64,000 bases of DNA from an uncultured Chloroflexia bacterium (GTDB taxonomy: Bacteria > Chloroflexota > Anaerolineae > CG2-30-64-16), in assembly GCA_963810095.1 (NCBI GenBank), contig CAWEMM010000009.1, forward strand, positions 256,001 to 320,000. Reading direction: 5' to 3'. This document shows, piece by piece, positions 1 to 10,876 of the stretch. A program made the position numbers and the translations under genes. Every line of letters starts with the position of its first letter. Position 1 is the first letter of the stretch. Below the pieces are notes generated by a model. It was not told where the DNA came from. It made no database searches and was given only the letters and a program-made list of their open reading frames with translations.

Positions 1-681
1 CTCGTCGGGCCCAGCGGTTCGGGGAAGACCACCTTGTTGGCCATGCTCGCCGGCCTGCTGCGCCCCACGAGCGGCGACCTCCTGATCGACGGGAACGAAC
101 TGGGCCGCATGAAGGACGGGGAGCGCACCGCCTTCCGCCGCCAGCGGATCGGGTTCACGTTCCAGGCTAACAACCTGGTGCCCTTCCTGACGGCGCTGGA
201 GAATGTCGAGCTGATGCTGCGGCTGAACGGCCGGCTGGACAAGGCGGGCAAGGCGCGGGCCCGCGACCTGCTGGAACGCTTGGGGCTGGGCGACCGCCTG
301 AACAGCCTCCCCCGGCAGTTGTCCGGCGGACAGCAGCAGCGGGTGGCCATTGCCCGTGCGCTTATCCACGAGCCCGCGGTCGTCCTGGCCGACGAGCCGA
401 CGGCCAGCCTCGATACGGAGCGCGCGTTCCAGGTCGTCGAGACCTTCGCCACCATGATCCGTGAGCAGAACCGGGCGGGCATCATGGTTACGCACGATCT
501 GCGCATGATCCAGTACGTGGACCGGGTGCTGCAGATGCGGGATGGCAAGCTGGCTCGGGAGATTACGGATCGCGACGAGATCATGCTGATGGCGGGCACC
601 GGGCTGCACGACGCACCGGTCGCCGCCAACTGGCCGACGCCCACACCCGTGCTGGCAGTCGAACCCGTGGTCGTGCAGTAA
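1..681 (+). CDS. ABC transporter ATP-binding protein (LolD/MacB-like), 5' truncated by window edge
   Basis: Frame open from base 1: Walker A GPSGSGKT, signature LSGGQQQR, Walker B VVLADEPT, switch VTHD. Confidence 0.93.
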   Translation, partial: LVGPSGSGKTTLLAMLAGLLRPTSGDLLIDGNELGRMKDGERTAFRRQRIGFTFQANNLVPFLTALENVELMLRLNGRLDKAGKARARDLLERLGLGDRLNSLPRQLSGGQQQRVAIARALIHEPAVVLADEPTASLDTERAFQVVETFATMIREQNRAGIMVTHDLRMIQYVDRVLQMRDGKLAREITDRDEIMLMAGTGLHDAPVAANWPTPTPVLAVEPVVVQ

Positions 682-753
682 CCACAGACCACCGAATCGT
701 TGTTGAGTTTCTCGCGGTCGTTGGCCGCTGCGTTGGAAGAGGGAGATCATCTC

Positions 754-2052
754 ATGAAGAAGTTCGTTATTGCGGGGATCGTTGTGCTCGTATTGATGGC
801 AGGCGGGGTCGCAGCGTTTACGATGCAGCGCACCGCGAGTGCGCAGGCCGAGCAGCCGGCGACGGCTGCTGCGGCAGAGCCGAACCGGGGCGTTGTGGCA
901 GAAGGCGTTGTCGTGCCGGTCGAATGGGCAGCGGTGAGCAGCCAGGCCGGCGGCCGGGTGGCCGAGGTTCTGGTGCGCGAAGGCGAGCAGGTGACCGCGG
1001 GCCAGGCGATGGTGCGGGTCGAGTCGAGCCGCCAGGCCGCGGCAGTGGCCCAGGCCGCGGCCGGCCTTGCGCGAGCCCAGGCCCGGTTGGCCGAACTGAA
1101 GGCCGGCCCTCGGGCCGAAGAGATCGCGGTGGCCGAGTCGGCCGTGAGTGTCGCACAGGCCCAGTTGGGCCGGGCGCAGCAGGGTGCGAAGGCCGAGGAC
1201 GTGGCCGCGGCGGAAGCGGCTGTCGCCGCAGCGCAGGCCAGCCTGAACAAGGTGCTCGAGGGTGCAGCGCCCGGCGCGCTGATCGCAGCTCGCACCGACC
1301 TGGCCAATGCCAAGGCGGCGCTGGAAGTAGCGCAAGCCGGTTACGACAAGGTCAAGGGCAACCCGGACGTCGCGGCCTCACCCCAGTCGCTCCAGCTCCA
1401 GCAGGCGACGAACGTGTACAACGCGGCGCAGGCCCGTCTCTCTGACCTCGAGCGCGGGGCCAGCAAGGCCGATGTGGATGCGGGCCGCGCCCGTCTTTCG
1501 CAGGCCCAGGCCCAGCTAAGGGCAGTGCAGGCGAGCGTTCGACCGGCAGACGTGGCCGTGGCCGAGGCCCAGGTGCAGGCGGCCCAGGAGCAGCTGAAGC
1601 TGGCGAAGGCGGGCGCACGGCCCGAAACGATCGCAGCAGCCGAGGCGGACGTCGCAGCGGCGCAGGCCGGCCTCGACCAGGCAAAGGCCGGGCTGGCCGA
1701 GACCGAGGTGAAGGCGCCCTTTGCCGGTACCGTGGCCGCCCTCACGGTACGCCTGGGCGAGCAGCTTGCGCCCGCAGCCCCCGTTGCGCAGCTCGCCAAC
1801 CTGAGTGCATGGCAGGTCGAGACCTCCGACCTGACTGAACTGCACATTGCCGGCGTCAAGCCCGGCGATACCGTCGGCCTGACCTTCGACGCCCTGCCGG
1901 GCGTCAGCATGAACGGCACGGTCACGCGGATCAGCGACGTGGGCGTGAGCAACAAGGGCGACATCGCCTACAAAGTCACGGTCCAGCCCGAGCGGACTGA
2001 TCCCGGGCTCAAGTGGAACATGACAGCGGCGGTCACTTTCCCCACCCGCTAA
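754..2052 (+). CDS. HlyD/efflux membrane-fusion (adaptor) protein
   Basis: ATG 754 after GAGGGAG; N-terminal TM anchor, lipoyl halves (GRVAEVLVREGEQV...VKAPFAGTV), long Ala-rich coiled coil, C-terminal beta-barrel. Confidence 0.88.
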   Translation: MKKFVIAGIVVLVLMAGGVAAFTMQRTASAQAEQPATAAAAEPNRGVVAEGVVVPVEWAAVSSQAGGRVAEVLVREGEQVTAGQAMVRVESSRQAAAVAQAAAGLARAQARLAELKAGPRAEEIAVAESAVSVAQAQLGRAQQGAKAEDVAAAEAAVAAAQASLNKVLEGAAPGALIAARTDLANAKAALEVAQAGYDKVKGNPDVAASPQSLQLQQATNVYNAAQARLSDLERGASKADVDAGRARLSQAQAQLRAVQASVRPADVAVAEAQVQAAQEQLKLAKAGARPETIAAAEADVAAAQAGLDQAKAGLAETEVKAPFAGTVAALTVRLGEQLAPAAPVAQLANLSAWQVETSDLTELHIAGVKPGDTVGLTFDALPGVSMNGTVTRISDVGVSNKGDIAYKVTVQPERTDPGLKWNMTAAVTFPTR

Positions 2053-2075
2053 CAACGGTTCCACGGGCAACTCAG

Positions 2076-2109
2076 AAGGCGACACCGGTCACTCGGTGTC
2101 GCCTTTTAT
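2076..2109 (+). terminator. Intrinsic terminator
   Basis: 12-bp stem AAGGCGACACCG / CGGTGTCGCCTT followed by a short T run, about 24 bp after the HlyD stop. Confidence 0.75.
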
Positions 2110-2185
2110 GTGTTTGTTCCCCCATCTGGTATGATAAGTTTCACAACTCCGGTTGCCGATCCCCCTTCAGAAAGGGCCGCACCCC

Positions 2186-3807
2186 GTGCGCCTCGTCTCT
2201 ATCATCGCATTGCTCGCCTTGACTATCACTGCGCCGGCCGCCGCTTGGGCGCCTGCCGCCTCGGCCCCGGCCACACCGCAGATCGACGGCTTCGGACCCA
2301 TTGGGCCCGCAGCCGGCTGGCTGCTGGCAGAGAACCGGCTGTTCGTCACGCCCGACAAGGGCCAGACCTGGCAGGACGTCACGCCCGCCGGTGACGCCGC
2401 GCGCCTCCTGGCGGCCGACTTTTTCGGCGCCGCGGGTTGGCTGATCACAGGGTCGGCGGCCGCCTCTCCCGACGCTCCGCTCACGCTTGCTCGCACCAGC
2501 GATACCGGCGCGACGTGGCGTTCCGTGCCCTTGGCGCTGCCGCCGCATGAAGATGCCGGTCTGCCCATCGCCGGGGTGCAAATGGACTTTCAGAACCAGC
2601 GTGTAGGACGCCTCCGCCTCATCTATGCCTCGAGCAGCAACTTCGAGCGCTACTCCGATTGGTCGACGGAGGATGGCGGCGAGACGTGGGCGCGCCTGGA
2701 CGGCACAAGCGAAGCCGCCAGCAGCGCGCCTGGTGCGCTGCCCGACGTCGTTTTTCTCCCCGACGGACGAAATGGGTGGCGCTTGCAGCAGGCGGGTGAG
2801 TGCACGGTTAGCGGTTCGACACGGGTGTGCGAGCAACACGTGCGGCTGTCTGTCACGCACGATGGCGGCCAGAGTTGGCGACCAATCGCGCTTCCTGCGG
2901 GTGTCAGCTCATCCGCCCGGAGCACGGTTCCGGACGGCCCTGCCCTCAATGCTGCGACTGCGTCTGCCGGACAGCGCACGATCATCGCCGCGGGCCATGG
3001 CTTCGACAAGTGCGAAGTCCCTACGTTGGATCAACTGCGGGAGTGGCGGCGCACCAGCCCGTACAGCAGCGTGAATCTGTACATCGGCGGCGCGCTGCGC
3101 GCCTGCAGCAACCGCGCGCTCAGTCGCGAGCTACCTGCGCAGCATTTACGACGACGGCTGGACTTTCATCCCCACCTGGGTCGGGCCCCAGGCGCCGTGC
3201 ACGAGTTTTCGCAGTCGCATCAGTTACGACCCGTCGGCCGCGCAGGGGCAGGGCCTGGCCGAAGCCAACGCCGCGGCCGACACACTCGCCGCGCTGGGCC
3301 TGGCCGAGCCTGGAGGCGGGGGCAGCATCGCCTACTACGATATGGAGGCGTACGCTTCAGGCGATAGCGCGTGCAATGCCGCGGTGCAGGCGTTTGTGCT
3401 GGGCTGGAATCAGGGGATGCAGGCCCGCGGGCACCTGGCCGGCGTTTACGGCCTCGGCTGGACGCTCAGCCTGCTCGCGAATCTGTCGCAACCTCCGGAC
3501 GCAGTCTGGCCGGCCCACTGGATACGGACTAGCTACGATTCAGGAGTGACTGTCTGGGACGTTAGGAATCTGGATGACAAGCTGTGGGCGAACCACCAAC
3601 GGCTCCGCCAGTACACGCGGCGGCCATAATGAGACCTGGGGCGGCGTCACGCTCAACATCGACGCAAACGTGCTCGATGGACCAGTCGCGCTCGCCGGCC
3701 CTGGGCCCGACACGCCGACGCCGACTGCGACCGTCACACCGACCCGCACGCCGTTCCCCTTCACACCGCGGGCCTGGTTTTACCTTCCGATGATCACACA
3801 TCCGTAG
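2186..3807 (+). CDS. Secreted protein: BNR/YCF48-like repeats + DUF1906 (GH25-like glycoside hydrolase) + PT linker + C-terminal YLP tail; two frameshifts (~3130, ~3615)
   Basis: Signal peptide; Asp-box motifs TPDKGQTW, TSDTGATW, TEDGGETW, THDGGQSW; DUF1906-like GFDKC...SPYSSVNLYIGG...YYDMEAY...RLRQY...ETWGGVTLNIDAN assembled from ORFs 2153-3367, 3342-3629 and 3574-3807. Confidence 0.72.
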
Positions 3808-3873
3808 GGATTGTGGGGCAGGTGGCGGCCTCGGCACGCGGAGCGTGCCGAGGCCGCACCTGCCGCGACCCCC

Positions 3874-4908
3874 TCATGGCAGCGCCACGACCCAGATATT
3901 CCGATCCTTGCTCTCGACATAAACAACGTAACGGCCGTCGGGCGACACCCGCCAGTCGCCGTTGGCGATCTTGAGCGGCGCGTCGCCGGCACGCGTTAAC
4001 TGCGTGAAGGCGAGCGACTCGGGGTCCAACTGCCAGAACTCGTGGTACTGCGCATCGGGCTTGAAGGGTACGACCACTAGCTTGTCGTCACCGTCCACCG
4101 TCCGCCACTGATACGCGCCAAACGTGCCCGGGGGCGCGGCCTTGGGCTTTCCACCGTTCGTGCTCACCAGCCACAGCCCGTTACCGGCCTCGTTGAACGT
4201 GGTGTAATAGGCGATCCAGTCGCCCGACGGCGAGAGGGTAGCGCTCCGCAGGCGCTCTGCCCGCACGATCTCGGTCAGCTTGCCGTCCGGAATCGAAAGC
4301 GAGTACAGGACGCTTTGGCTGCGATCTTTCGGGTCCTGGCCGTTCACCAGGAGCGCCGTATCTGATATCCACCCTCCGACACCGCCCCGGCGCAACGTCG
4401 TGATCCGTTTGGCTCCGCTGCCGTCCACATTTGCCGTCCAGATCGCCGCGACTTGCTGCTCGGGCGGCAGGTCGGGATTGCTGATACTCCAGGCAATCCG
4501 CTTGAAGTCTGGCGAGAACTGTACGCCGCGGCCTTGAGCCGGGACCACGAACTTCTTGCCGTCGCTCAAGCGCACGAGTGTCGTGGTGCTCTTCGTCGTC
4601 TCGATCCGGTAGGGGCCCACGATCCGGCTGTCTTCCACCTTGCCCGAAACGAGCGCCGGCTGCACCTCCGGTCGTTCGGCCGTTACGCCGTAGACGCCGA
4701 GCTTGCCGCCCGCCGGCTTGTCGATGAAGCGCACCTGTTTCCCGTCGGGCGACCAGAACGGCTGGGTGCAGCAGCCCCCGGTCGTTAAGCGCACGGGTTT
4801 CGATTCCTGCAGCTGAGTCGCAGACGCGATGGCGTAAGGATGTCCCAGCTGCCCGACATTCCCCAGTAGCGCCGCGAGCATCACGGCCAGCAGTAAAACG
4901 TGTCTCAT
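3874..4908 (-). CDS. Secreted TolB-like beta-propeller protein
   Basis: Signal peptide; repeated WSPDG/FSPDF/LSPSG/VSPDG PD40-type blades; start overlaps the M23 stop (ATGA). Confidence 0.8.
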   Translation of the reverse strand: MRHVLLLAVMLAALLGNVGQLGHPYAIASATQLQESKPVRLTTGGCCTQPFWSPDGKQVRFIDKPAGGKLGVYGVTAERPEVQPALVSGKVEDSRIVGPYRIETTKSTTTLVRLSDGKKFVVPAQGRGVQFSPDFKRIAWSISNPDLPPEQQVAAIWTANVDGSGAKRITTLRRGGVGGWISDTALLVNGQDPKDRSQSVLYSLSIPDGKLTEIVRAERLRSATLSPSGDWIAYYTTFNEAGNGLWLVSTNGGKPKAAPPGTFGAYQWRTVDGDDKLVVVPFKPDAQYHEFWQLDPESLAFTQLTRAGDAPLKIANGDWRVSPDGRYVVYVESKDRNIWVVALP

Positions 4909-5627
4909 CGCGTCCTCGGCCAGGGGTTCTTGAACTCGTTGAGCAGCTTGCCCCCCGTCACCGCCGGCGGCTGGTCGTCAAGCTGCTGCCATTTACGGGG
5001 GTCATCCAGGTCGCGCTCGAAGCCGCGGCCGAAGTTGCCGATCAATGCGAGGTTGTCCCAGTCCGCCTGCATCAGGGGGAGCGGGTTGTATTTCCACGAG
5101 CGTCCGGGATAGTTGCGCACCTCGAGGTGCAGGTGCGGCCGCCCAGTACAGGTCTCGTCAGGGTCGCCGCTGAGCGCGACCACCTCGCCTTGCTTCACCT
5201 TCTGGCCCACCGCCAGTTTGGGCCTTTCGAGCAGGTGCCCGTAGAGCGTCGAGTACTTGAGCTGGGGATGGTCGATGATCAGGTTGTGCGGCGCGGAGCC
5301 GTAGGCTTTTGCATCGACCAGCCCGACCACGCCGTCGGCTACAGCCACGATGGGCGTGCCACACGGGGCCGAAAGGTCGATCCCGAAGTGAATGCCCTGG
5401 CTGTAGCGGTAGGTCGTGCTGCGCTGGAAGTACGCGCCGACCGTGTTGCCGTACGTTTGCCCCAGCAGCCACGTGTCGGGGCCGGGCGGATCACGGAACG
5501 GCAGGATGAACGGCCGCGCTGGCGCCGCAGACTGGGCCTGCGCCGGCACGGCCGGCAGCACCAGCAGCGCGAGCAGCAGCAAGAACTGCCCGGCTCGTCC
5601 GATGGTGAGTCGTGTGTGTTGTTCCAT
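4905..5627 (-). CDS. M23 family metallopeptidase
   Basis: Signal peptide; HFGID, YGHL and HLHLE zinc-ligand motifs; probable start MEQHT at 5627. Confidence 0.9.
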   Translation of the reverse strand: MEQHTRLTIGRAGQFLLLLALLVLPAVPAQAQSAAPARPFILPFRDPPGPDTWLLGQTYGNTVGAYFQRSTTYRYSQGIHFGIDLSAPCGTPIVAVADGVVGLVDAKAYGSAPHNLIIDHPQLKYSTLYGHLLERPKLAVGQKVKQGEVVALSGDPDETCTGRPHLHLEVRNYPGRSWKYNPLPLMQADWDNLALIGNFGRGFERDLDDPRKWQQLDDQPPAVTGGKLLNEFKNPWPRTR

Positions 5628-5667
5628 CTTGTGAACCCTTATGCTGTGATGGGAGTTGGAAGGGGAA

Positions 5668-5800
5668 ACGCGAAATCTGCGAAACCGGGAAATCACGGAA
5701 CCCGAAAGAACGAGAGTCCCCACACGAAACGCGCCATTTCGGCTGCCCTTTCGTGCTTTTGCGTTTCGCCTTTCGTCCTTTTGGTCGCTTTCGTGTTTCC
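5668..5800. repeat. Degenerate short-period inverted repeat region (CGAAA units facing TTTCG units)
   Basis: Repeated CGAAA/GGAAA on the left and TTTCG on the right, between the ligD stop and the M23 start. Confidence 0.5.
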
Positions 5801-5834
5801 CCTTCCAAAGCTACGCCGGGACTCCGGTCGCCTG

Positions 5835-8631
5835 CTACCGCTGCTTCGCGACCTTCTCCAACCGCTGCAGGCTTTGCGCGAGGTCGATCCCGTCGCCCAG
5901 CACGGGCTTGAACAGGTCGCCGTGCTTGGCCAGCCGGTCGGGCAGCGTGCGGATGTTGAACTGGCCGGGCGTCATGCCAGGGACCACTTCCTCCCACAAG
6001 AGCGGCGTGGCCACGGGTGCGCCGGGGCGCGGCCGCAGGGAGTAGACCGTCGCCATGGTCTGGCCGCGACGGTTCTGCAGAAAGTCGAGATAGATCTTTC
6101 CCTTGCGCTTGTCGGGGCTGCGTTCGACGCTGGTCGTCGCGGGCAGCCGGTCGTTCACCAGGTACGCGACGAGCCGTCCGAATTCGCGCACCTGGTCGTA
6201 GGTATACTTCGCCGCCAACGGAACGTAGATGTGCAGCCCCGTGGCGCCGGATGTCTTGATGTAGTTCGGCATCTCGGCTGCCTCGAAGAGTCTGTGCACC
6301 TCCTGCGCGGCTCGGATCACCTCGCCGAACGCGATGTCCAGCGGATCGAGGTCGATCACCAGGTAGTCGGGATTATCCAGGTTCTGGCGTCGCGAGTTCC
6401 AGGGGTTGACCTCGATGCAGCCCATGTTCGCCATGAGCACCAGCGTCGCCTCGTCCTGGCACAGCAGGTATTCCTCGGGGTCGCCGTCTTTTTCCCCCAG
6501 GACGATGGTCTGCGCCCACTCGGGCACCTGGCCGCCGACGTCCTTCTGGAAGAAGCTCTCGCCGTTAATCCCGTTCGGGAACCGGTGGAGCGACTCGGGG
6601 CGGTCGACCAGGTAGGGCAGGATCAAGGGCGCGATCCCCTGGTAGTAGCTGATCAGGTCGCGCTTGGTTAGCCCCGCGCCCGGGCCCGCGTCGTCGGGCC
6701 AGTACAGCTTGTCAGGGTTGGTGATGGTGAGCGTCCGGCCGTCGACGGTCACCTCTTCCGGCTTCTCTTCCTTGCGCTTGTAGCGCCGTTTCACCGCCTT
6801 GGCAAGGGGCACAGGCAGCTCCCGGCACACGCTCTGCGGCTCGATGTCGTCGCGCAGCCCGATGAAGATCGGCTGGCGCATCATGCCGTCCTTGCTCCAC
6901 TCCGCGAACTTCACGTCGCAGACCAGCTCGGGCCGCGTCCACGTGGGCGGGGCGTTCGTGGGCGGGGCCACCTTGAAGGGCGACCGCTTGACGATGTAAG
7001 GCTCCAGACGTTCCTTCACGTAGGCAAGCTCGGCCTGCGTGAAGCCCCCGCCCGTGTGCCCGATATACACCAGTTGCTTCCCAGCGGAGGCATCCTGAGC
7101 GGAGGCGGCAGAAGCCGCCGGAGTCGAAGGACGGTCCTCGCCCTCGCCATTTTCGTAGACGCCCAGGATCAGCGCGCCCAGGTCTTTGCGGCCCCCGCGC
7201 GGCTCGGTGTATCCGCAGATCACGGCCGACTGCTGCAGGTGGGTCTTGACCTTGAGCCAGTCCTCCGTGCGGTCGCCCGAGCGGTATTGGCTTGCACCGT
7301 CCTTCGCAATGACGCCCTCGAGGTCGTGCTGGCGTGCCGTGTCGTACAGCGCCCGGCCGTGCTGCTCGATATAGTCGCTCCAATGTACGTGGGGCAGCTC
7401 GGGCAGGATCGCTTTGAGGATCGCCTTGCGCCGCAGCAGGGGCAGGTTGCACAGGTCGTGGCCCTGCAGGTAAATGATGTCGAACACGTAGTATGCAAGC
7501 GTGCCCGCCCCGTCTTTGAGCCAGTTCTGCAGCAGCTTGAACTGCGGCCGGCCGGCCTCGTCGAGCACGACCACCTCGCCGTCGATGACGGCATCGAACT
7601 TGAGCGATTGCAGGTCGCGGACGATTGCGCCGTAACGATCGTTGAAGCTCAGCATGTTGCGCGAATAAAGCAGGACGTTGCCGCCGCTGAGTTCCGCGAC
7701 GGCCCGGTAGCCGTCCCACTTGATCTCGAATAGCCAGCCCTCGCGGTCAAACGGCTCGTCTGTCAGCGTGGCGAGCATGGGCTTGACCTCGTGGGGCAGG
7801 GGCGCCGCGACCGCGCCGGTCAGGTCGATGCGCGACAGGTCAAGCTCGCCGGATTGGTTTGCGACGGCTCGTTGGACGTCTCGCGGCGTCGGCCGGCGCG
7901 AACGCGCGGGCATTCGAACCGGGTGCGGTGCGGCCGCCTCCTCCGTTGTCCGCGTCGCGGTCCGAGTGCCACTCCGCGTCCCGCGCGTCCGCGATTTCTT
8001 CCATGTTGCGGGCGGAGATCACCGACCGGTCCCACAACAGCACGTCTTGCGGGGTGGCGAAGTCATCCTGTTTCTTCACCAGCAGCCACGCGTTCTCGTC
8101 CTTCCGGCCGGAAGGGTTCCCGCTGGAAGGGTCCTTCCGGGCGGAAGGGTTGCCGCCGTGCATCTTCGACAGGGCAAACGCGCCCTTGAGCTTCTGACCG
8201 CGCAGGAAGAGCTTCAGGCTGCCCTTGCCGAGCTGCTCGTTCAGCAGCCTCTCGCTCTCCTCGCGGGTGGTCGCACCCAGCGCGGTGTAGGTTCCCTCGT
8301 CCCACACCATCACGGTGCCGGCGCCGTAGTTGCCCTCGGGGATGATGCCCTCAAATGTGCGGTAGTCCATGGGGTGGTCTTCGACCATCATCGCCAGCCG
8401 CTTGTCGGCCGGATTGAGCGAAGGCCCTTTTGGCACGGCCCAGCTCTTCAGCGCGCCGTTGAGCTCCAGGCGGAAGTCGTAGTGGAGGTGCGAGGCCGCG
8501 TGCTTTTGGACGACGAAGCGCAGGGCCGGCCCTTGGTCGGCACGCTCCCCGGGCGAGCTCTCGTTCGCCTCGGGCGGCGGCTCGGGCGTCTTCTTGAAGT
8601 TCCGCTTCTCACGGTAGGTTTCTAGGGTCAT
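5835..8631 (-). CDS. ligD: NHEJ DNA ligase D (phosphoesterase-ligase-polymerase), frameshift in linker ~7915
   Basis: PE domain [18 protein letters not shown]...SWAVPKGP (ORF 7840-8679); ligase [19 protein letters not shown]; primase-polymerase [13 protein letters not shown] (ORF 5835-7913); next to ku. Confidence 0.92.
7090..7131. repeat. Palindromic element family A, in-frame inside ligD
   Basis: GCATCCTGAGCGGAG-hairpin-GGAGTCGAAGGA; encodes [14 protein letters not shown]. Confidence 0.8.
8099..8151. repeat. 33-bp-period duplicated palindrome inside the ligD PE domain
   Basis: TCCTTCCGG(C/G)CGGAAGGGTT at 8099-8118 and 8132-8151; encodes [17 protein letters not shown]. Confidence 0.7.
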
Positions 8632-8660
8632 CCCTGATCTTGTTGTCGTAATCGAACGAC

Positions 8661-8753
8661 GAATAGAACGCAGATTCACCTGATTGAGCTGATCTACCTG
8701 ACCGGTCGAAGATCATGAAGTTCAGTCAGATCAGTTCGATCTGTGTCCCATTC
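8661..8753. repeat. Palindromic/MITE-like element family B between ku and ligD
   Basis: GAATAGAACGCAGAT...ATCTGTGTCCCATTC with internal TGAT/ATCA units. Confidence 0.7.
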
Positions 8754-9530
8754 CTACTTCTTGGCTTCGGCCATCTCCAGGCTCTCGCGCAGCTTGGCAA
8801 ACAGGTCGGTCACCTCGGCCGGAATGGCCTCTTCCTCTTCAGGTTCCTTCGCCTTGCCCGCCGCCTTATCCTCGATAAACTGCTTCAGTGCCTCGGTATA
8901 CGTGTCATGGTACTCGTTTGGATCAAAGGTCTCGGTCAGTTGGTCGACCAGCCGGACCGCCATGTCGAGTTCCTTCTTTTGCACCTCGTTCGCCGGCGGC
9001 AGCTCGAGCCCCTCCGGGTTGCGCACTTCGCTGGCCCAGCGCATCTGCAGCAGGACGATCATGTCGCCCTCGGCCCGCAGCAGGCACATACGCTCCCGCG
9101 TTCGCAGGATATACCTGGCGACCGCCACCTTGTCCGTCTTCTTCAGTGCCTCGCGCAGCAGTGCGTACGCCTTCGCCGCGCCCTTCACGGGTTCCAGGAA
9201 GTAGGGCTTTTCCAGCAGCTTCGCGTCGACCTCCGACTCCTTGATGAAGGCCACGATTTCGATGGTCTGCGTCTTCTTCGGCGCGGCCCGCTTGAAGTCT
9301 TCGTCCGTCACCACGACATAGTCGCCCTTGCGGAACTGGTAGCCCTTGACGATGTCCTTGTACTCGACCTCTTCGCCGTCTGCCTGACACACCCGCACGT
9401 AGCGGATCGGGCACAGGTCGCCCTTGCGCAGCATGTCGAAGTCCAGGTCCCGAGCCTCGCTGCCGCTGAAAAGCTTGATGGGGATATAGATCAGGCCGAA
9501 GCTGATTGCTCCACTCCAGATCGATCGCAT
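8754..9530 (-). CDS. ku: NHEJ Ku protein
   Basis: MRSIWSGAISFGLIYIPIKL, IVKGYQ, PYFLEP, DLFAKLRESL; upstream of ligD. Confidence 0.96.
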   Translation of the reverse strand: MRSIWSGAISFGLIYIPIKLFSGSEARDLDFDMLRKGDLCPIRYVRVCQADGEEVEYKDIVKGYQFRKGDYVVVTDEDFKRAAPKKTQTIEIVAFIKESEVDAKLLEKPYFLEPVKGAAKAYALLREALKKTDKVAVARYILRTRERMCLLRAEGDMIVLLQMRWASEVRNPEGLELPPANEVQKKELDMAVRLVDQLTETFDPNEYHDTYTEALKQFIEDKAAGKAKEPEEEEAIPAEVTDLFAKLRESLEMAEAKK

Positions 9531-9739
9531 ACTGCTGCCTCCTACTCATTACACAGCCAATTCAGCTTGAGTATAGGCGAAGCCCCGTGCAAGGACTGTA
9601 ACATGCCGCACGGATAATCGCGGAAGGTCGACAGGATCAAGTCGTAACCCCTCACACCGACAGTTGGCCCCAAAGGGTATAACCTTGACCGGCCGCCCTG
9701 TCCTGCGGGCGGGCCGTAACACGCGGGGAGAGAGAACTC

Positions 9740-10661
9740 ATGACAGAGGTTGGCTGGCCGGCAGGCTACCGGATTCGTCCGCCGCGCCCCGACGAAGCCG
9801 TCAGGGTTGCGGATTTGATTCGGGCATGCGACGTGGCGGACACGGGCGAGCCGGACTGGAATGTGGAGGAAACGCGCGCGGACTGGATTCGACTGGGTTT
9901 TGACCTGGCCCGGGACGCCCGCATTGTCGAAGCGCCTGACGGCCGGCTCGTCGCGTATACCGACGTCTTTGTCCGCCCCAATGCGGTTGAGATCACCGCA
10001 AATACCTGCCTCAATCCGGAGTGCCGCTCGGAGGCGCTCGACGAGGCCCTTATCTCACTGGCCGAGACGTTGGCGGCACAGCACGCTCCGCTGCCCGTGC
10101 GCGCCATGGTGCTCGCGTCTCGTGGCCCCTTATTCGAAGGTCGCGGCTACAAGCCGCAGCGCTGGCTCTGGCGCATGCGCGGCAGACCTGGAAGCGCCCC
10201 CCGAAGCCGCCGAGTGGCCCGAGGGGTTTACCGTCCGGACCATGGAGCCGGCCGACGAGCGCCGGGCATACGAGTTGATCGAAGAAGCCTTCGTGCGCCC
10301 TGGCCGCGCGCCCGTGTCCTACGAGGAATGGCGGCGCTTCGTCGTCGAACGGGGCGATTTCGACCGTTCGCTGGCGTTTCTGGCGGTGCGAGGGCGCGAG
10401 ATAGCGGGGACTGGCATGTGCTTGATGGACCCTGCAGGCGGCGAGGGGTGGGTGCGCCAGTTGGCGGTCGACAGCCGCTACCGGGGGCAGGGCCTGGGCA
10501 AGGCGCTGCTGCTGCACGCATTCGGGGAGTTCTATCGCCGGGGTGCGACGCGGGCCGGCTTGGGCGTCGACGCGAACAACCCGTCGGCGACCAAGCTGTA
10601 TCTTGGGGTGGGGATGCGCGCGCTCCAGGAGTACGTGCAGTACGAGCGTAAACCGGAGTAG
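9740..10661 (+). CDS. Tandem GNAT acetyltransferase (MshD-like), frameshift ~10185
   Basis: N-terminal half in ORF 9740-10651, C-terminal GNAT motif A VDSRYRGQGLGKALL and NPSATKLY in ORF 9861-10661. Confidence 0.82.
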
Positions 10662-10792
10662 ACACTCACCCCGCACTGCTGGACAACGACGGGCGAAATC
10701 GGACACTGATTGGATGAATTCGACTGGTGATGCTGCTCTCTTTCCCGAAGGACAGCGCGGATCAGGTCAATCAGTTGCATCAGCGTCCCATT
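10656..10792. repeat. Family B element with 40-bp upstream extension, between convergent genes
   Basis: AATCGGACACTGAT...ATCAGCGTCCCATT; 10656-10710 aligns without gaps to 60409-60463 (44/55 identical). Confidence 0.75.
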
Positions 10793-10876
10793 ACAGATCC
10801 GAGGACGCGCGGCGGCGCGGCCCTTACGGGCGGCCTGCCCGGTTGAAGGCTCGACTCCGCTGCGCGCACCTCTCTG

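Noticed and set aside
9540-9739. Possible riboswitch or ncRNA between ku and the GNAT gene
   Set aside because: Only a GC hairpin and promoter-like TATAAC are visible, with no recognisable riboswitch consensus.
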